In this document: positions 61,499-64,000 of the stretch, in pieces | How the letters are laid out: every line of letters begins with the position of its first letter | How positions within the stretch are numbered: the first letter of the stretch is position 1 | Origin: Utricularia gibba | Taxonomy: Eukaryota > Plantae > Magnoliophyta | Length of the DNA stretch: 64,000 bases | Reading direction: 5' to 3' | Assembly: GCA_002189035.1 (NCBI GenBank) | Contig: NEEC01000019.1 | Span: 1,550,001 to 1,614,000 of the forward strand | Made by a program: the position numbers and the translations under genes | Notes under the pieces: model-generated | The model's database searches: none | What the model saw: only the letters and a program-made list of their open reading frames with translations | What the model was told of the DNA's origin: nothing

Positions 61499-63783
61499 TC
61501 AGACAGCAGATGTTGAGTTACCACCAACCCAGTATTGTTTCACAGCAACCAGAATTTTCTGAGGTACAAGAGGGCCATCTTCATGGTCAACCATTTTGGA
61601 GTCCCATCTCATGCCTCCGATCATCTTCTTCACCTTCACGAGCACGTCCACTTCGTCGCGGAGTATCACGGCGCCTTCCGGACGGAGAATCCGGTCCATC
61701 TCCACCAAAATGTCTTCCAAATCACACCTGTGGAACTTAAAACTTCAGCATGTTGCTAGCAGAGTGGATGCTACTAGGGATATGGTGTTTTTCTTGCCAC
61801 TGTTCACTTACTTGTCCTTGTACAGACTAAAGACGCCATCACAATGGATAAGATCGTAAGTTCTTGGATATGTCGAAAAAGCTTCGCACCTGATAAAGGG
61901 AAAAACACAAAAAAGTAGTGTTTTGGAGAGCTTGGGTTGAAAAGAAAATGGTGTGAGAATCAGGAGGGCGTACCAGTCATGATAAATGCCAATCAACCCT
62001 CTTTCGTAGATTACTCCAAGAGTGTTTTTCTCTGCGATCGTAGGCATGACATTCATGACCCATAATTTGGGTGATTGGAGAGTTGCAGCAAAGCCTCCAA
62101 GGCCAGCATTCATATCGAGGATGTTCCGGTACCGGCCGGTGTCGAGAAGCTTGTTAATCTTTCTATAGGCATCAACATGCTTTTTCCATTGCTTGCTATC
62201 CTCTTCATATGTCTGAACTGAGACTCCGGAGATGGAACCACTAGCAATTCTTGGTGGAACAGCGAAAAGCCTCTCAGGGAATGGTTTTAGATCCTGTGGC
62301 GTATCACCAGCATTGGCAGAAGTGACGCATTGCTCCATTTTCTTGTACCTGGTTACACCAAGAAGATTTGATCATTAAATTAAGGTTTAGATCTATGCAG
62401 TTATTCATGGAATAGGTGATATTTACCAAACATTATCTGCATCTTTAGCTCGACAGGTTTCTACTCCAGAGTTCTGTTGTGCAGCACGACAAGAATTAGC
62501 ATCCTTCGCCTTCTGCCACACAGCGATTTCACCATGCTCAGATTTCTTTTCCCAGCAAAGAAGTTTAGCGATTTCCTCAATCTTCCTTTGCTCTTCCTCA
62601 AGCTCTTCCTTTGGCCGTTTCCATGGAATATAATTCGTCTTCCAGTTTATAGGAGGACCAGAGAGAACCCAATAACCACCAGGTCTGAGCACACGATCGA
62701 CTTCCTTCATATAGAGCCCGTCTGCAAGTAGGAGCACACAACTGAAAACAACCACAAAAAGCAACTTCGCATGGAAAGCATCAACAGTTCCTAACTCTCA
62801 CCATTTGCACCCCATGGTATAAGACAACGGGAGCAATGAGCCATGTCGAAAGCTGCAGATGGATACGGCATCTTTATTGTTCCAAGAACACCAATGACAG
62901 CAGGTACACCCTTTCAAGAGCAAACTGTACCTGAGCTTCGTGTGAATCTCTTGGAGCAAATGACATTGCTATGACATTTCTTTTCCAAAGATACGCACCC
63001 CAGCTAGCAACCTAGAGTAAAATTCATGAAATACAGCATTAATAAATACCTGTGTATAAAAACCGGGGTTGAAACGGTTGGTTATTCAGAGAAGAACTAT
63101 ACGCTGTATAAACATCAATCGAAAAAATGATTAAAACATACCCCACAACCAGTATCAAGAGCAGTCCTCACAGTCCCATCCGCAATTGGTATAACTGAAG
63201 CAAGATTATCAATGTATTTATCAGCACCCTGAGGGAACTGCGTCCCCCCACCAGGAAACCGAAATACATTGCCCTCATACTGTACCCAGTTTTGAATAGC
63301 CTTCTCTACAGTCAAACTTTTGTAGGGGGCATTGGCAAAAGGGACATAATCACGACTCTTTGGCCATGGAAATGGTGTAACATATCCTTGGGGAGCTGGA
63401 ATCAGGCAATGTAACTTCTCGCCTTCAGGTGGGCAGTGTCTCTCACGGTAGATCATATTATCCCTTGGAAAGGTCATGGCACGAGCTTGATCATGGCAAG
63501 GCGTGTAATCTGTGTACTGTGGATCGCATGGCTTGTAAATAACTATCTTAGAATCAGACTCATCGGCTTCACCAACATGATGGGTTTCGAAATCGAGGTT
63601 TGGAAGGATGTTACAGTTTGTAGCAGTTTGGCTCACTGCATACGCAATGCTGTCCCCTTTTCCAATTCCACTCTTTTGCCATGCTCCGATTGTGTAGAAA
63701 AAAAGGCACAAACCAGACACTATGAAAATGGATAGAAAACTCCTGATCCTACTGTCACCTGACTGATGAAACTTGTTCGCCAT
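61499..63783 (-). CDS. PMT2-like: Putative SAM-dependent (pectin) methyltransferase, PMT2-like (DUF248)
   Basis: TM anchor plus [79 protein letters not shown]; one apparent -1 frameshift at 62909-62911. Confidence 0.95.
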
Positions 63784-64000
63784 TGCAGCCTGTAATGAAA
63801 TAGCGGTCAACGCATATTACGTTCTGGCTAAAGTCGTTTACATACTTTCGCCAAATTGCACACATTAGGTAAACGTTGGGAAAAAACTAAGGAAAATGAC
63901 AATTTCAGGAGGCTCTCAAGTCATCACAAATCACAAATGGGTATGAATTTCGTGAAGAACAAACAAAACAGATACAACTATATGCAACCATCCATATAAT

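Noticed and set aside
7436-61979. Several 3n stop-free introns (MAGL 72 nt, NRX 72 nt, HD-Zip 69 nt, PMT 84 nt)
   Set aside because: A handful is about what chance predicts among roughly 55 short introns; they merely fuse exons in the ORF track.
43440-62915. Programmed -1 ribosomal frameshifting as the cause of the split ORFs
   Set aside because: There are no X XXY YYZ slippery heptamers with downstream structure, the genes are unrelated, and every case fits a homopolymer under-call.
1-64000. tRNA, snRNA, intact rRNA, CRISPR arrays, autonomous transposon ORFs
   Set aside because: None recognised by eye; tRNAscan-SE, Infernal and RepeatMasker would be needed to exclude divergent cases.

Overview
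Gene-dense, short-intron eudicot nuclear DNA with about 20 protein-coding loci in 64 kb, separated by very AT-rich spacers; the compactness resembles miniaturised plant genomes, but the species cannot be determined from sequence alone. Order: adenylate IPT(-), MAGL/CSE-like hydrolase(+), class II LBD(+), BBX/COL16-like(-), CRF10/12-like AP2(-) with a spliced conserved-peptide uORF, LLEATDDELGLPP protein(+), orphan single-TM repeat protein(-), nucleoredoxin 1(+), RBM25(+), cis-prenyltransferase(+), KUP12(+), atypical HLH(-), PADRE/DUF4228(+), JGB-like WD40(-), 11-mer-repeat peptide(+), GATL pseudogene(-), HISN6 with an internal TGA(+), BPE-like bHLH(-), DUF569 pseudogene plus DUF569 gene(+), a small two-exon TM gene missed by the ORF track(+), D27-like(+), ATHB13-like HD-Zip I(-), PMT2-like methyltransferase(-). 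Seven -1 frameshifts in five conserved genes all map to G/C runs, which points to assembly error rather than biology. Genuine decay (GATL, DUF569 copy, possibly HISN6 and BPE) clusters at 47.8-53.8 kb. Two degenerate 18S rRNA fragments in opposite orientation and a MITE-like family are also present. I found no unambiguous new multi-gene system; the best leads are the intron-split uORF, the orphan TM protein, the HISN6 and BPE lesions, and the 18S relics. All family and Arabidopsis locus assignments are from recalled motifs, not database searches.
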